From positions 2,533,324 to 2,597,323 of the forward strand of contig OZ316891.1 of assembly GCA_973895155.1 (NCBI GenBank): a stretch of DNA of 64,000 nucleotides. The letters are read 5' to 3'. Positions 1 through 13,045 of this stretch are shown here, one piece after another; the first letter of the stretch is position 1; each line of letters opens with the position of its first letter. The notes under the pieces were generated by a model. That model searched no databases. It was not told where the DNA came from and worked only from the letters and a program-made list of their open reading frames with translations. Source of the stretch: Marsupella aquatica (lineage: Eukaryota > Plantae > Marchantiophyta). Made by a program: the position numbers and the translations under genes.

Positions 1-3000
1 ATGTTTTTAGGCATAATTCACGTCATAAGCGATGGACACGTTCTCCTTTGTCAAATTATGAAATTAAGCTGTTTGGAAGATATAAGAACCCTTGATCAAT
101 CAAGCCATACCCTGATGCTCTTGTCGAGGGATCCACTGTACATTCGATTGTTTACCAGTGAAATAGTCAAAGCCATGACAGACTTCGTGTGCTCCTTAAG
201 TTCTTGAAGAAGAACTGGGACCCTCTTTTTTGCCTCCCAGATCTATACAACAGGGACTTAATCAGTAACAGTCCAATTTCCAAGATCTCTCTTTTAGTTA
301 ACACAGTGGACAGAAAGTACCCAACCGGTTACATCAATTGTTAACCTTTTCGGATCCAAAATGCTCTTTCGCTATACTTAACTAGCAACAATAGCTCGCC
401 TTTAGCCTGAAGTCCATATTCCTTGCTTCAAAGCAATAATTTGTAAAAGGCAAGGGAAGGACTAAAGTAGTCAAGATTAACGAGGTTCTTCTGGAATATC
501 AATTTCTAGTTATTTGCAGTTCATCTATGAATTTGTTTGTAAGGTCCAAACGACGATAACAAGATACTTCACTGTTACACACGTCTGGTGAAGCTGGTTG
601 AATCAGTAATACCATTGTCTTGCCCACTGTGAGGGTAGGAGCTCTAATGTCTCGAGATTATAGTGGGCCTGGAGACAACACGAAACCAACCTTAATAGTG
701 CCATCAGTATGCCCGGAGAAGATGCGGGTTTTTGCCTTGACGAGAGCACGAACTTCTCCATTTGCTGTGACATCGAGTTCACCCTGCTCCGCGTGTACCC
801 ACAGATCCGGCTGTTTCACCACATGCACACAATTGTTGAAGATCCACACAAGATGATGCCTTTCAATGCACAAAAAGGAGTGAAGGAGAGCAATCAAAGA
901 CCTGCTAAAGAAACAATTTTCAAATGTAAAAAAAAGACGTTTGTAGAACAGAGTGAACTCACCGAATTGAAATCACCATGGGTAGTGAAAGCGCGTAATA
1001 TTTCTTTGGCTGTCCAAGTCGATTTTTTCAGATGCCGAAGAGGTCCAGAGATGTCCTTCACGTAGCTAATAAGCTCTTGGACGCCCTCTACAGTGCAGCA
1101 ACACCCAGACAATTGTGACCAGACAGCAGTTCAGTGCAAGGCCGTGCCAAATAAGCAGAAAATCTTCAAAAAGACCTGGGGAAGCCATAGAGTACGTTGC
1201 ATTTCAGACGGGTTAAGTTCATTTAGCGCTTCATTGCTTACCAGGATCTGAGATGAAACTGTGGATGGCCAGAGCTGCAAGGACCCTTTGTTGAAGGTCC
1301 TTGGAAGTTTGAAGCACTCCTACAAAGTGGTCAAGAAGACAATTCCGCGCAGTTTGCCGGATTCCTGTGTCTGGGAGTTTTGGCAACATATGCGTGAGCC
1401 ACGTGGCTACAATCATACAGGGCTTGGACACCTCCGGATTTTTGCTCTGAATACCTTGTCCCAGAGCTTCAATCAGCGTGCCCAAATCGTGGCCAACCAG
1501 GGCTCCTGCCACCTTCCGCTCCCACGCTTTGGCTGCTCTCTCCTCTTCGTCCTGTAAGATTAAAGAGTACTACTTTTGAGTGGAAATTTATCCCAATCAA
1601 TTCTGTAGGCGACATCATGCTGCCAGATATGTGAGTGCCTATACTGGGTCCCAGCTTTGCTTTAACTTCTAGTTTGCCAGCAACTGAGTGAAGAGAAATA
1701 TGTGAACCGCTGACGTAGAGCACCACAAACTCCATCAACTTCAGCTTGAAGTGTAAGAGAAGATTTCAAAGCAATTGGAAGATTTCAAAGCAACTTAATC
1801 GCTCATAACAATGGGTCAGTCATTATATCTTCCTAACATTTCAAGGGTTGTCCATTCCGAGCACCTTTATTTCCAATGATATTTTAGATGTTTTCTTTCT
1901 AAATGATGGTGAAAGAATTTACTTGGCTGATATTCAGCAGTAGAGAAGAAATAGGCTTTAATGTCCAGGGTGATCCAATTCGGGGATGGGACTAAAGGGA
2001 CCAGCTAGGAAGAAGAGCTATCACTTGCTGTGGTCCATTTCTGTTTTAAGGAAGCAAGGTAGGACACAACCGGGACGACTGGTATCCCAGAAATGCAGAT
2101 ACTCTGTGAGAGACCTCACCTGATCATATGTTGAATCATTGTCATTAGAATCCTGCTCGTTTTTCGTCATTGACAGGAAATATTTGTCAATGCCAGCTAT
2201 CTTCAACAACCAAGCTTTCATCATGGGTTTCCCAGAATAGGAGAAACGACCACTTAAACCAATGAGCGTATTTGCAGCTTCCGCAGGACAAGGCCAGTCT
2301 GTGCTGTTCAGAGCTTCAACAAGAGAGTCCACCGCTTCTTCTCGATATATACTCCCCTTACGAGGTTCTTCCTACATGCCATAAAACAACAGTCAGCCAC
2401 GACCTTGAGATTGTTTAGGGTTTAGGGCTCTAATGGTGTTCAGAGTGAAAGAAACGAAGCTGATGTGAACTGTCTTCCCAGCAGCCACAGGGACTCAAGC
2501 TGTGACATTCTTGAGTGCAGAAGAGGCAACCTGAACTATATGTAGTGACGAAATCATGGATTGACCATGATTGGAGCTCTGTTTAGATCAAGCGATTTCC
2601 TGCGGTAATGCCTGCAATGTAACTTACACCAGGCAACTGGGATTTATGGTAAAGGCATTCTGGTTTTGCTAGGAATTCCGGTCGGTCCGTAGGGCATCCA
2701 CATTAGTCAATTATATCCCCATCACAATGACTTGATCGCCATAACTCTAATTTCCCTGAACTAAACCTCTCACTGCTCATCATCATTATTAGATTGCCTC
2801 CGATATGAAGTAGGTATAAAGCGAACAATGGACAGTGTATTGGTTTTACTCACGAGGAGGTCAAGTTGAAGAAGGAGACTTGCAGCGACAGGTCTGTGCT
2901 CTAGCGGAGCCATTTGCAAATAAACCAACAGGACGCGCATGCTGCTTACACTTCCTTCAGCCTTTATTTTTTTTAAAACGTCTGTACAGAGTGCTCTCCT

Positions 3001-6000
3001 GAAAAACCAATAGTAAATCAGCTGAATCCCGTCGAAAATTTGAGCAATTGAATAAAATGACCTGATCCCTTTTCTTGTTCCCTTTAGGGCTATGCGACAC
3101 AGAAGGTAGAGTACGAACCGAGGTTTAGATTGAACAGAGTGAACGCTTTGGAAATAATGCAAAGAATCTAGCTCTCGTATCAAACGCAATTTCTTTCTAA
3201 GTTCAGCGGACGTCCTACATGTCGGACACAAACACAACCCTCTCTAGTCAATTTAAACAGAAAACATAAATGGAGCCTGTTTGTCAAAGTCATGGCTGTT
3301 CTAGTACGAACCTGCTCAGGCGGACCAATTCGTTAAGAAACGTGATGGCAACCGTCCTAGCTCTGTTTTTTCCACTATGCAGAAGATCCACAACTGCAGC
3401 AAGGTTTGTTGTCTTAGATATCATGTTCCTGCACCGCCCATCAGTCTGGATGCAGCAAAGCAGTAGACAAATCACACTCGTTCGCACGTCAATATCCTTG
3501 GTCTGGTCCAACCTAGAGACAAGGGCTGGCACAGCTTGTAGTGCTAGTAGAGCTTGACCGTTTTGTGAAACACTGGTCTGAGCCCCTCCCGTTAGAATCT
3601 GATCCAGTAGCATGATCGCTGCAGATTTTGGCCTCATCATCATTGAATGTATGTCCTGTTGTTCATTCCCCACATCAAGTCCTTGATTTTCTTCATTTTC
3701 CTTAATTACCACTACTAGAAGTGGGAGCAAATCTAGTGCTGCTAGCTGGTCGTTAGGAAGGTTGAGCTGGTACAGTACCGAGGCCGATGTAGTCAATCCC
3801 TTCCTCAGAAGCCCAACCAAACACCCGGCTTCTGGATCAGCTCTGACCACTGTTTGTCGTGCAGTATCGTCTTTAGCTATCACTACCGACAATAAGAATA
3901 GAGTAACATTCAAAACCCTTGTTTCTTGAGAGTTGAAGAGGATTTCCATCATCCCAGTAATGGCACCAGCTCTGTTGAGAAGGGAAACCAATCTTTGGTC
4001 CCCACGTGCCTGTAGGATGAGCCTTGCAATCTCCACCATTACAGACTCACACTCTGCCAAATTTTCTGACGTGCAAAGGTAGCTCATGGCGGGTTGGAGA
4101 TCCATAATGAGCCCATCTACATCTACTGGGCTGTCGGGTCTAGACATGTCGTTGCTAGAATTTCTTCTGCTGAAACGGCGGGTTGTCCTTCCTGATCCAG
4201 GGCTGTCTATGGAAAGACCAGACGAGACAGCCCTGTCTGTGAATTCACTGTTTGGCGTAACGGCTGCAGCTGCATCACTAGGCAATGGAGATGAACCGAA
4301 TTCCTTTGCCAGTTCCGGATATTCCTCTTTCCAGGCATCCACTAGTCTCTTCAAAACGTAGTTGGTGTTCGGCAAATGATTTTGTCTCAGCTTTTGCCGA
4401 GTGATGGGGCATGTCACATTACCCCTGTTGAGCCACTCCTGGATTGCTATGCGTTCGTACGTTTGTCCCGTTTCTAAAGTGACTGGATCGTCGAAGAGCT
4501 GGCTTGTGATGGGGCACACGAAGTCCTTGGGAGGCCTCGCCAATGGTGTGGTCATACTTGAGATCATAGCTGATCCTACTGATTCACTTCTCTGATGCCT
4601 GCGGCTCCCTCCATGGTCTCTTTGTAATTCGCTGCACATTCAAGAGCCTGCGTGAGTCTCGAAAGTTGAAGGTGGATATAATCCTCCGCTTATCTTTCTG
4701 GAGAGTGCTCTCCTGGGCACTCTCGATGCCGTGCGCCGGCCAGTACTAGTCATGAATAGTGCTAATGGGGCACTTTAAAAAAACATTAAAAAACAATATA
4801 AAATCATGAGCAAACAGCAACAGGATCTAACATAAGCGCCGGTTCTAAAGTTATTATGAGATGGCACCTGTCCAGGGATCCGGTCCTTAGCAATGGTCCG
4901 GAGTGAACTATAATTGGTTCATCGTCATCATTCTGGTACCTCTGGGAAGGCTTCCCCAATACTGGTCCGGAATGAGCTACAATTGGTTCATTGTCATCAT
5001 CCTGGTACCTCTCGGAAGCCCTCCCCAGTAATGGTCCGGAATGAGTTACAATGGGTTCAACATCATCATTCTGGAAGTGCCTCGAACTAGGGCTCGATCC
5101 TGCAGAACCGCTGCGACGGTATTTGGAGAGGAATCGAGTGCTCGTGCTCGAAGCTGTTCCAGGGAGTCTCGTGGATGAACTGGAATCTCTGAAGCTTTTC
5201 TTTCTGGGGTCCAACCTGAACTCCTGTTGTTCACGTCCAATTCAACAAGCCGTGAGATTAATAATGATCATAGTACAGCAAGATTACAGCCATTCCAGCC
5301 TCTTGAATGTGTTCTGATAGGTCTCAACCTTCACCCCACTTACATGAGATTGTGCTGCAAATTGTGTGTACATGTGGTGTCTAAGAATTGGTGCCTAAAC
5401 CCACCGAGACGCTTGTCTTCTGCTTAGTTTTCAAGCAATCAACCAATTAACATGATCTTCTGCGATGAGGGTTTTAGACATTGTCTTCGTGCCTAAGGTC
5501 TTAGACATTTTCTTCAATTTCTGCACCAACGCGGTCATCAAGGAAGGGTGTTGAATTGACATTAATTGACCGTGATCTGAAAACTAAACTGGATGAGAAC
5601 GTTTCCTCCACAGTTGTACAAAACGTATGCGCTACTGACCCCAGCAAGAGGCAGAGGTGATGATGTGATACAATTCAGGACAAATAACTGCCGTACTGAC
5701 AACCTCGTCGAATTGCTTCGAAGCTCTTCCAGACCAACACATTTTCGTGCTGTTGGAACAGCTTAAAATTTATGAGCGTGAATCACTAACTCCCTAGACT
5801 GGCTCTGAATTCAATGCTCGGAACAGAGTAACTACCTGGACTTGGGGGGGCCCTGAAGCGTCCGAGTCAATGAGATCATCGCGAAACTCTGCCTGAGTTG
5901 GAATGGTAATCGAAGGCAAAGAATATTCATTATTACTAGAATCTACCTCCTCCCGAATGGCAGTAGGAGTTGCCAAAGAGGACTCCTCTGGTGAACCTTC

Positions 6001-8539
6001 GCTCTGATGCCGTGAATTACGACGGTTCAGGTCCGAGTCCAATTGCTCGTTGGGCAGCGACTGGGCCCGCCTACTGTCCACATTTCTGTCCTTGGACTCT
6101 GAATCACTATATCGTGAGCTCGAGGAAGTATTTAGTCTAGAAGCTCTCCGACCCGTCTGGCCTCGAGGACTGTCATTACTCATCTTGGGTGATGAAGAAT
6201 TGTCTCGAGAAGAGAGCTTCCTGTCGACTGTCATGGGAGAGCCGGCGGGAGAATGAGCAAGTGCGCTAGGCTGCTGCCCATAAGATCTCCTTCTCCTGCG
6301 TGGCTTCATATCAAGCATATCACCTAGCGTCGACTCCGAAGGAGAATTGGCCCTGATTTCACCAGAGTACGAAACTGAGCTAAGCTCTCCGGAGTGGGAA
6401 ACTGATCTATTCTTTCTAAGGTTTGGAACTGATCTAATTTCTCCGAGGTTTGGAATTGATCTAATTTCTCCGCGGTTTGGAACTGATTTGATTTCTCCGA
6501 GGTCTGGAACTGATCTAAGTTCTCCGGAGTGGGAAACTGATCTATTCTCTCGGAGGTTTGGAACTGAACTATTTTCTCCGAGGTTGAGAACTGATCTATT
6601 TTCTGCGAGGTTGGGAGCTTCTCTAATTTCTACGGGATTAGGAGCTGCTCTAATCTCTCCGGAGTTGCGAACTGATCTTATTTCTCCGGAGTCGAGAACT
6701 GGTTTGATTTCTTCGGAGTTGGGAACTGATTTGATTTCGCTGGAGTTGTGAATTGAGTGTGTTGAAGTGCTAAATCTGAATGTGCGGTCGAAGTCTGTGA
6801 GTCTGACCCCTGTACTTCTTAAGAGCTTAGGGCTTGATGGAGTGTTTTTGTCGGTACTGTTCGGTATAAACATGTGCTCAGCGGACTCGGACTGCCGATC
6901 AGACGGCGTGGTGGGCTCTGGTTGTTCTTGATACTCCCTACCGGGCTACATGACGAACACACATCAGAAAGTTAGTAAAAGTATGCAATAAATACTCCTG
7001 AATAATCTGAAGACTCGGTGATCTAATTTAAAGTACTCTGTTCAGAGACAGCCATGACATACGTTGCTAACTATCTTCGCGGTCTATAACAGGACATTCG
7101 TAAAGTAGTACCCTTCTGAAGTTGGAGTTGGGGGAATCCGGGTCGTCGTCCAGGCCGAGATCGGCAACGGGGGGAAGCCTGCTAATACCATATATGTGAA
7201 TTAGCTTATCATGAGAAAGATTGATTGAACATAATCAAGTTGGTATCAATGAATTCTTTTCATTCTAAGAACTGAACTCCAGTTATTGAATTCCAGCTTG
7301 CATTTCTGGTTTGCAGGACAGAACCACTGCCGAACCATCAGAACGAGACCAAAACTTTTCAAGACTCTTCCATCGTTTACATTGAAAGACAGATTATAAC
7401 GCAAACGAAGAAAGACATCGTTAGAATGGCATTTGATGGAGGCCAACGGAGACCTGAGAGACACAGTCGACATTTGCCACAGGATTGGGGTGAATGGGAT
7501 GTGATTCAAGTCGAATCCGCATGAAGAAGTCTTGAGCAGTTGCAAGTGTTCAACAGTACAGTACTTACTCGGCCACTTCGAACTCTGGGTTGTCGAAATC
7601 GTTGAATTCTTGCAGAGGTGGGAGAGCCGACGAGTTAGTCCCATGTCCGAACTTGGGTACAGGCATTGTTATCTCAGTTGAAGATGGCACTTGATCTTGG
7701 GGTGGTACCCAAGAGTCAGCAATGGGGGTCATGGGCGGCTCAGCAATTGGCATGAGCGGCAGCCCCTTCTTGTTCACCGTGTCATAGTTAAGCCAGTCCT
7801 TGTAATACCTCGCATACTGTCTCGTGTTCTCATCCAACGAATCCTGGTAGAGCTTCTCCAAGGCCTGCAGCTGAGACGTTTGACCTTGCGACAGGTCCAG
7901 CACATTGACGGAATTGGATGTGAATTCTCTGGATATATCGAACGATATGTCCTGTTCTTCGCCGATTTTCCTTACCGTTCCCGAGACCACAATGCTTTTT
8001 CGCTGCTTTGTGTACCAATTCAAAATGTTCGCCAGATGGGGGAGGAAGAGGTGCTCCCAGAGCGCCGGCGCAAAATCCACACGACTGTACAATGGATCCA
8101 CGAGAAACATCTCCAGCATGTGATTTGCAGCTTTGCGATCATTGTTGCGGAGCTTCCAGACGAACGCGAGGTTGAAGTGTGCCCAAGCGGACAGGTAGCA
8201 ATTCGGGACTCCTGCCGTGGCCGCTCGGCTGTCCAGCAATGCGCAGACCTGAAGCATTTTCTCAGCATGGTCCAGTCTTGCGACCTTAGTTTCATCGTTG
8301 TTCGTCGTCACGGCTTCTTCCAGAGAATCGATTCCCCAGTCCAAATTGGCCAGAATTGCTTGATCCGAGTACGGTACCAGCACCCCGTCATTCATCTTCA
8401 ATCTTTCTGCGCATTGCTGCCTGTGCTGAGCTCTCGACTCGCTGTCACGCAGTGCGTCCAGAGCATAAGTGCCCACCACGGACACCATGACCCCGACGGC
8501 CGCGGTGTCCAGAGCTGCAGAAGACAATGGCAGCGTCAT
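1..8539 (-). CDS. LIN: LIN/CERBERUS-like U-box + ARM + WD40 E3 ubiquitin ligase, multi-exon, 3' end beyond window start
   Basis: First exon (ATG 8539, donor near 7568) encodes the LIN-type N-terminus QHRQQCAERL...YSDQAILANLDWGIDSLEEA...ETKVARLDHAEKMLQVCALL...TAGVPNCYLSAWAHFNL. The U-box PPKDFVCPITSQLFDDPVTLETGQTYERIAIQEW lies at about 4325-4534 and is followed by helical ARM-like exons (about 3312-4300, 2854-3000, 2120-2372, 1241-1552). WD40 exons lie at about 689-1109 (IFSGHTDGTIKV) and 111-240 (EHTKSVMAL...MYSGSLDKSIRV). Internal exon boundaries are approximate. Confidence 0.9.
4880..5075 (-). repeat. Coding 60-bp (20-aa) tandem repeat x3 in the LIN linker
   Basis: HFQNDDVEPIVTHSGPLLG / RYQDDDNEPIVAHSGPVLG / RYQNDDDEPIIVHSGPLLR in ORF 4804..5214. 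Confidence 0.85.
6350..6745 (-). repeat. Coding 33-bp (11-aa) tandem repeat, about 12 copies, in the LIN linker
   Basis: Repeated GEIRSVPNL-like units in ORF 5794..6873; on the + strand the unit ggaactgatctaatttctccgaggttt recurs with a 33-bp period. Confidence 0.9.
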
Positions 8540-10257
8540 CTTCGCAACAGCATTCCGAATTGTTAAGATTTATTGCCTCTCAGTCTACTTGAAGGCACTG
8601 GCTTTCCAGCGGCGGCGGCCTGCAGCTGGGATTCAAGTGCTGGGACTTCAATCTCTGCTGCTGCAGCTGATCTTCTTCATTCATCAGAAGAAACATTCAC
8701 TCGTGCACTCAATCGGCCCTCGATTTCCCCTCCCACTAACCAACCTTATCTTCTTCTCCATCCCATGCCAACCGACCTCTCAAGCAGAATATTGCATAAT
8801 TCAGTCATCAACGAACCAGCTCCTTCCCAGTAACCAACCTTCCTTCAATCTCTTGGGGACTGTCTCAACTCTTCTCAACCTCCGGCAGATTACTTGTCGT
8901 CATCATCTCGTGTGCCGGCAGACGGAGCAAGCGTGCGCAGCCGCGGCAACACGGGACTGTCACAACACTTGCTGACCAGTGAGCACAATCTCCAGGTCCA
9001 TGTTCCAAACGGCAAACTCTATCGAATTCGGAAGAAAATTAATCGTACCGACGCAGATTTACAGCAACAGTAGTGATGGCTCCAGACTTCGGGAGGCACA
9101 TCGAACTTGCTGCCGACTTCCTCAGTTGAAGATGCTGCTAGTCATTCACGGAGCATGATCAGAGCTTTCCTTGGGCGACATGGCTGAGATCTTCAACTGC
9201 GATGTCCTAAAATTAGCTATAAGTGAGCGTTCGTTCGTCCCGTCCTCCCTGCGCATTCCAATCCTGTGCCGACTTGAACAGTACTGTAAACGTAGCATTA
9301 AAGACATGATCTGATGATCGCGGTGGTACTACACTACTACTAGTCTCACCAACTCGCTTGGAATACGGAGCCGACTGTCACTCATCACTCATGTCAAGAG
9401 CATGCGCCCACGGCCGACCACCGACAGGCTGATGAATGAAATGGAGACGAGGCTGCAATCCACTCTCTCTGATATTCTTCGAGGTTATTACAATCTGCCC
9501 CTGCCGGTGGGAAGCCACTTGTCGTGCATGAGTCTTGCAGAAAAATTGGGTTCTGTAGAGAGAGGAATCACGTTGATTTCCATGGCAAAACTAAAGATGA
9601 ATCTATGAGCATAGCCCGAGCTATGGTTTGAGCATATCTCGCGCTCTACCTTCAACGTTTTGTGGGTCATGGACTGTGGGCTCTCAGAAAAAGGCCTGTT
9701 TTTTAACGAGATTCACAGAAATTGACGTAGTCGGAGATTCCGCAACGCTCGTATAGGTTGAAAGGGCAATGCATTTTGATTAATAAATTGGTATTGCTTG
9801 AAAGGGCAAATCATTTTGATTAATAAATTGTGAACATAAGCTAGTTTAAGCGGCGGGTCTAGAGTGAACAGATGCTACTTTCAAGTGCTAGGGTCTAAAG
9901 TGAAGCCTCTGCATAGTACTTCCATATGTACCTCCATATAAAGACAAAGCTGGACTCTAAATAAGGACAAATTGGACTCCGAAGCGGATAAAACAAATAT
10001 AAAGAACAGATAGCATAGAATTATTATTTTGACAAGATTGTTTTTGGACTTTATCTCTCTTCGTTGAACATCAGGCTAGGATAGAGAAAATATAAACGAG
10101 AGATAGCATAGAATTGTTATTTTCACAATATTGTTTTTGGTCTTCATCTCTATGTAGGTCAAGGAATGGGATATCCTGCTTGTTTATCCTTGAAACAGGG
10201 GCAAGGGCCCACCGAGCTGTACTCCTTCAAACAACCGTTTAAGTGATGAAGCCTATA

Positions 10258-10421
10258 GAGAGATATGCTTAGTAGACCCCCTTCTGGAAAAAGTTTGCTT
10301 AATTAACCCCTAGATATTTTTCCCCAATCTGGACCGTTGATGGATTTTTGGACCGTTGATAGATCTCAAGGGTAGATCAAGTAACAAGTTTCATTTTGGG
10401 GGTTGATCAAGCAAATACCTC
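10258..10421. mobile_element. Short Mutator-like MITE (about 164 bp) with 9-10 bp target site duplication
   Basis: Imperfect inverted ends (GAGAGATATGCTTAGTAGACCCC ... GGGGTTGATCAAGCAAATACCTC), flanked by AAGCCTATA at 10249-10257 and 10423-10431; a second copy starts near 15003. Confidence 0.65.
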
Positions 10422-11136
10422 AAAGCCTATATGTAGAACTCCAAAGGAACAAAATGGCTAACCGAGGGACACACGGTCCCAAAGGCCAAAAGCCCAATCA
10501 AAGGAAACACCCGGGAAAACCAAAGCTTAAGACCAAGGGCCAAAAAGACAGGTAAGATGTCTTTTTTGTTTTGCAATCCAACGGCTTCTTAGACAATCGT
10601 AGGGAGGATATTATTGGAGCTTATGGATGTCTCTTTTCCCCAAACTTTTCTTTCGTTTTGCATGAAAAAACATAGCTCAGTTTTCCCAAATTTTTAGCTA
10701 GGACAAGTTTTTTCCTTGAAAAGACAAATATTATATTTATATTCTAAATTGGGATGAAATTGATGTAAATATTCATTTTCACTAGGATGACACCGAGGAA
10801 AGAAGCCCCATTGCATGTAAGGTTGTCATGCACAAGCATTGTGTAAACGTATATGGATATTACTCTAGAAAATAGTAAACAGTGTTACTAGACTACATGC
10901 ATTTAATATTTGCTGAGATCCTATCTGAGTTGCAAAAGTCAGTCCAGGCATTTTAAACAAAGGTGGATGCCATTAGGGCTTGTCTTCCATGACATGGATT
11001 CAAAGACGGTGAGATAAAAATATTTTTGGATCCAATCTGAGCTTAAATGTTTGAAAAAGACAAGATGACTATCAGTGAAGTGTGGACATAACTAGATATG
11101 TTAGAGTGGTGAGTGATATTCATTATCTCACAACAC

Positions 11137-11260
11137 TTCTATAACAAGTTTGCTTCTTCAGATTCAAAGTCCAAACTTGTATATATTTCCCTGGTTACCT
11201 TAAGTAGTGAAGTTGTCATCCATATACAAAACCGTGACATATTTTGTAAATACTAAAACT
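11137..11260. repeat. Dispersed repeat of about 120 bp, second copy at about 13762-13880
   Basis: ttctataacaagtttgctt...gattcaaag...aagttgtcatccatatacaaaaccgtgacatattt occurs at both positions. Confidence 0.7.
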
Positions 11261-12774
11261 AGTATGTGGGTCCAGCTCAATTCTTTTGGGTGGATGAGAT
11301 TGCCATCATGCATTCAATAGACTGTTGTGTATGGGCTAGATCACATTGTCAAAGTGCATTCAAAGGAGTGTTCTATCTAGGAAGAGTGTTCTATGTAGGC
11401 TAGATCAGATTGCCAAAGTGCATTTGAAAGGAGTGTTATAAATTTGTATTTTGAAATTCTTGTGCATAAAATTCAATTTTGTAGAATTGACATCTAAAGC
11501 TCATCTACAATAATAAAAGGATGTGACAAGAAAAATGAACCACTAGTTGTAAATATCTATGATATTATCTTGGACAACTTAGTTTGAAGATTCAATTTGT
11601 TAATATATGCTAATAAAACAAAATTCTCATCATTGTCCTAATGATCATGGCAAGTGAAAATAAAGACAAAAACCATAAGTGTAGAATCATCATAGGTGTT
11701 GGAGAGGGAGAGGTCACATAGACCAACTTTCATGGGAGTATGAGCATTTATTTTCTTGCATGATGTGGATTATGTAATCAATAGTACTTTATCATGTTAT
11801 TTTGTCTTATTATTAAACATGGCTTTCTCCATTATGTAGAGATTATAACTCTAATAAACTAAACAAAATAGGTTGGATAGGAGATTTGGTGATGTTGTGT
11901 TCAATGTTTAGGGACTAATTTGTTGTGCTTGTGCAGGTTGAATGGAGGTTGAACTCATGACTCTTTTGGTGTGCCTAGGGAGATCATAGTTGGGGTTTAT
12001 AGCATACTTCAGACTAGGTGGGAGTATGGTTTATAGGAGACATTCAAGCTTGGAGACATCAAGTGGCAGAGTATTTTTTGCATGGCTCTCATCATGTGAC
12101 CCAGGTAGGTTTGTAGCTAGAGTTGCATGTTTTGTTTAATAATTACAGTTTGTATGAATTTTATTAGTTGTGAAGTGGCCCAATGTCCTTTCAATTCAAT
12201 GGTTGAGCCCCCTATTCACCCTTTCTTGAGATGAGCATCTTACTCTTGGTTGCTAGACAAACTTGGGAGAATTTACAAATTATTTGACAATCAATAGCAA
12301 GCTCAACTCTTGAAATACAGGTTTGCCTTCTTAGTTTTTCTTCTCTCCTTATGGTCAAGAAGTGTGATTGCTAATATATTTTGTGATTAACCTATATCAA
12401 TCATTTGTTCAGTTCCAAGATTACCTTAGTCTATTGATCTGTGATAATTATTTCTTTCTAGATAAAAGAAATTGAAAAGCTCTAATTTGCAACATTTGAA
12501 TATTCAGATCTAAACTTAGTGTAAGTGTTTGACCTGAAACTTGGAGTTTCATATTTTACTTGTAAATAATTTTTCAAATCTTGACAACTGGAAAAATGTA
12601 AATATTGATACTCTATCTAAGGAACTTTGCTACAAAGAAAGGCGTAAGAAGATTTTAGATTGAGAGTTATTTCCTTTTGAAATTCCTTTTCCAATAGAAA
12701 TAGCAAAAGCAAGATAATATTTGATACTACTCTTAACATAACATGTCTTTACGTTAAAAATTAAGAATCTGATC

Positions 12775-13045
12775 ACAAGTTAAGGCATCTTGGTGCCCAC
12801 ATCCGCAAGGTTGGTGTATTTTTTGACCCCAATTATAACTTTAAAATTGATAAGGTTAAAAGTTAAGGCATTCTGGTGCACACATCCGCAAGGGTAGGTG
12901 TACTATTTGACCCCAATTGTAACTTTAAATTTGATAAGGTTACAAGTTAAGGCATTCTGGCGCACACATCCGCAAGGGTCGGTGTACTGTTTGACCCCAA
13001 TTGTAACTCTAAAATTGATAAGGTTACATTAAGGTGCACACATCC
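12775..13045. repeat. Tandem repeat, about 84-bp unit x3 plus a partial copy
   Basis: aagttaaggcattctggtgcacacatccgcaaggg...ttgaccccaattgtaactttaaaattgataaggtta repeated three times. Confidence 0.85.

Noticed and set aside
2413-2427. TTTAGGG plant-telomere-like motifs in a LIN intron
   Set aside because: Only two near-adjacent units, too short to call an interstitial telomeric repeat.
7691-8975. Long + strand ORFs (291 aa and 168 aa)
   Set aside because: Antisense shadows of the LIN first exon and its 5' region, with no recognisable domain.
10169-10176. P1BS (GGATATCC) upstream of LIN as evidence that all three genes are PHR targets
   Set aside because: A motif with six fixed bases is expected roughly once per few kb, so one copy per 2-kb promoter is not informative.
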